NCBI RefSeq assembly: GCF_038025025.1
Contig: NW_027117340.1
Span: 2,046,001-2,110,000 of the forward strand
Reading direction: 5' to 3'
DNA from: Phyllosticta citribraziliensis
Taxonomy: Eukaryota
Length of the DNA stretch: 64,000 nucleotides
Part shown: positions 62,079-64,000 of the stretch, piece after piece
How the letters are laid out: every line of letters begins with the position of its first letter
Position numbering within the stretch: the stretch's first letter is position 1
Position numbers and translations under genes: made by a program
The notes under the pieces: model-generated
Databases searched by the model: none
Told to the model about the DNA's origin: nothing
Seen by the model: only the letters and a program-made list of their open reading frames with translations

Positions 62079-63334
62079 GGCGCCTGCACACCCAACCCAC
62101 CACGGACTGAGGGAGAGAGGGGGGGGGGGGGGGGAAACTCGAATGGCAGTGCGCCGGAACGCGCTCCGAATGGCTGCGCCGAGAAGGACCATGGCATTCT
62201 TTATTTGCCATGGGGGAAAAAAGAGTGGGAAACGGGCAAATTGCATCTGCCTCTGCGGAATGCCCCGTCGGCGTCACCACCTCCGGCCACAGCACCTTCC
62301 TAAGGTCAGCGTCATCACAGGGGGCATGCGATGCGCTCCTCTCTCTTCATTGCTTCGGTCTGCTCTTCCGCTCTCTCTCGCTCTCTCTCCCGGTCACCGC
62401 CCGCCCGCTCCCGTTTGGCCATTACCGTGCCGCCAGCCATGCTGGTGCTGGACCTGGAGCTGGACCTGCTGAGCCTCCACTCGACCTCCATTCATGCCAC
62501 GACGTGGGCGGACCAGAGACGCAAACACACCCGGCGCTACTTTGCTCAACCCAGTTGACTCGCACAAGCCACGCGCTACGACGTCACAGTGGAGGTCAGT
62601 TTGCATGCATTGTGTCAGTTACCACCACTGCTTCGACGGAAAAACAGGTCCTGGCCCTATGATGCAACCCTCTGCCTTCACTTCTCGGCCATCCCCCCGG
62701 CCTGCACCTGTGCCATTGGTGTGCGATTGGTAAGCGACGGGAGCCGACGACGCCAACGGCCATCGCAGAAGTGTTCCTCTCGTCGCCACCGTCCTTCCTC
62801 AATGCCTGCCAACCAGCCATCAACCCCTCCCGAAGGCCGCCGTGTGTCTCTGTCGTGAATGCAGGTAGGTATTCTCAGGCCCGACAACGTCAGCGCGCAT
62901 TTGAATGATATCAGCGGTAGAGGTAGAGAAGCTTCAGACACGGTCCTACATGTAGAAAACCACCGCCGTGGAAAAGTGTAAATGTCTTGCACTGTCGTGT
63001 CGTTGATGCCCTGTTGCCCTGGTTCTGAAACGACCCAAGGAACATGAAGCCCAGGGGAGCCGGAGCCCGAGGGCCCCGACCGGGACCGCTGGAGATCGTC
63101 ACGTGCAGAGAACCCTGAATCACCTGCAGGTCCCTCTCCCTCCACCCACTCCGCCAATCCTCTCCTCGCCGCCTGGCCCGACCGACTCCCGACTTTGCTG
63201 CACAGCCGAACCTAACGCCACCTGCGGTCCGTCCTTTCCTCTTTGCGCTCGCGACCCCGTCAAGGCCCCGCCGATCCCTCCTCCAGCCTGTCCTCCGCGA
63301 GCCCATCACCACATCTACTGCCTCGCCGCCTCAC

Positions 63335-64000
63335 ATGTCGACCGGCATCCTCACCACCGCGACGCCTGGCTTTCCCGCTTCCGCAAACCAGAATGGCCAT
63401 GCCCTGTCGTGTCCTTCCTGCGGCACTTCTGTCGCCGACCTAGCCGACGCCTACCCCGACTATGCCCGTCAGCGCATTGCCGAGCTCGAGGGCCAGGTGA
63501 GGCTGTTGACCGAAAAAGCCTCGTCGGCAGGTACGGCGCCCAACCGCTGCAAAACCCACGAGCCACTTGCATCTCCGCTAACCTGGTTGCAGCTGACAAG
63601 CTTGCCGACTATGAAGACGAACTACGCCGCTTGAAAGCTCGCCAGTCCTCTGGCGCCGCCTCCGACACCGCCGACGACACTAGGCCCCATACTGCAAACT
63701 CTCAGGGAAGAGGCTCGCGTCTATCCAACCTCCTCTCACGCCGAAAGTCGTCGTCCGCCCTTCACGCTCCGCCTCCTCCGCTCCCGACAACCACTCCACC
63801 CGTCCCTCCAAATCCCCCGGTGCTACCGCCCATCAAACATATTGACGAGGAGCTTCGCGAGACCCGGGAAGCCCTCGAGAAGGAGCGGGCCATGCGCGCA
63901 GAGGCTGAATCCAAGGTTGCCAAGCAGGATGCCGATGTCGAAGAACTGACCGCTACCCTCTTTCAAACCGCCAACGAAATGGTTGCCACCGAGCGAAAGG
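63335..64000 (+). CDS. Sec2/Rabin-domain Rab GEF-like protein, 5' part; runs off the right edge
   Basis: CPSCG, IAELEGQVRLLTEKASSA|ADKLADYEDEL (intron 63531-63592) and VEELTATLFQTANEMVATER (Sec2 coiled-coil signature). Confidence 0.85.

Overview
Eukaryotic DNA from a filamentous ascomycete (Pezizomycotina; Dothideomycete-like is a guess). It has short spliceosomal introns with CTAAC/CTGAC branch points and about 20 conserved or plausible genes. In order these are: mS38/Cox24-like (partial), group II G-alpha, Pgc1-like GDPD, Zn alcohol dehydrogenase, trifunctional trpC/TRP1, a membrane protein, GPI12, a WSC/PAN glyoxal oxidase (AA5_1), DUF1308, a single-barrel MetE-like enzyme, pub1, a Med2-like protein, a tandem-domain F-box-like protein, ams2/SPT21, SmD2, dak1, a Pro/His-rich orphan, an MDR quinone-reductase-like enzyme, an ATF-type bZIP and a Sec2-domain protein (partial). 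The main novelty is about 48.4-55.6 kb: a same-strand tandem array of 4-5 orphan paralogues with a shared coiled coil and a ~50-aa C-terminal domain I do not recognise. The copies are in different stages of decay, share a duplicated CCAAT-containing intergenic block, and one carries AT-hooks and 60-bp repeats. I recognised no tRNA, rRNA, CRISPR array or transposon. All family calls are motif recognition by eye, with no database searches. Gene spans include introns, and splice sites were read manually.
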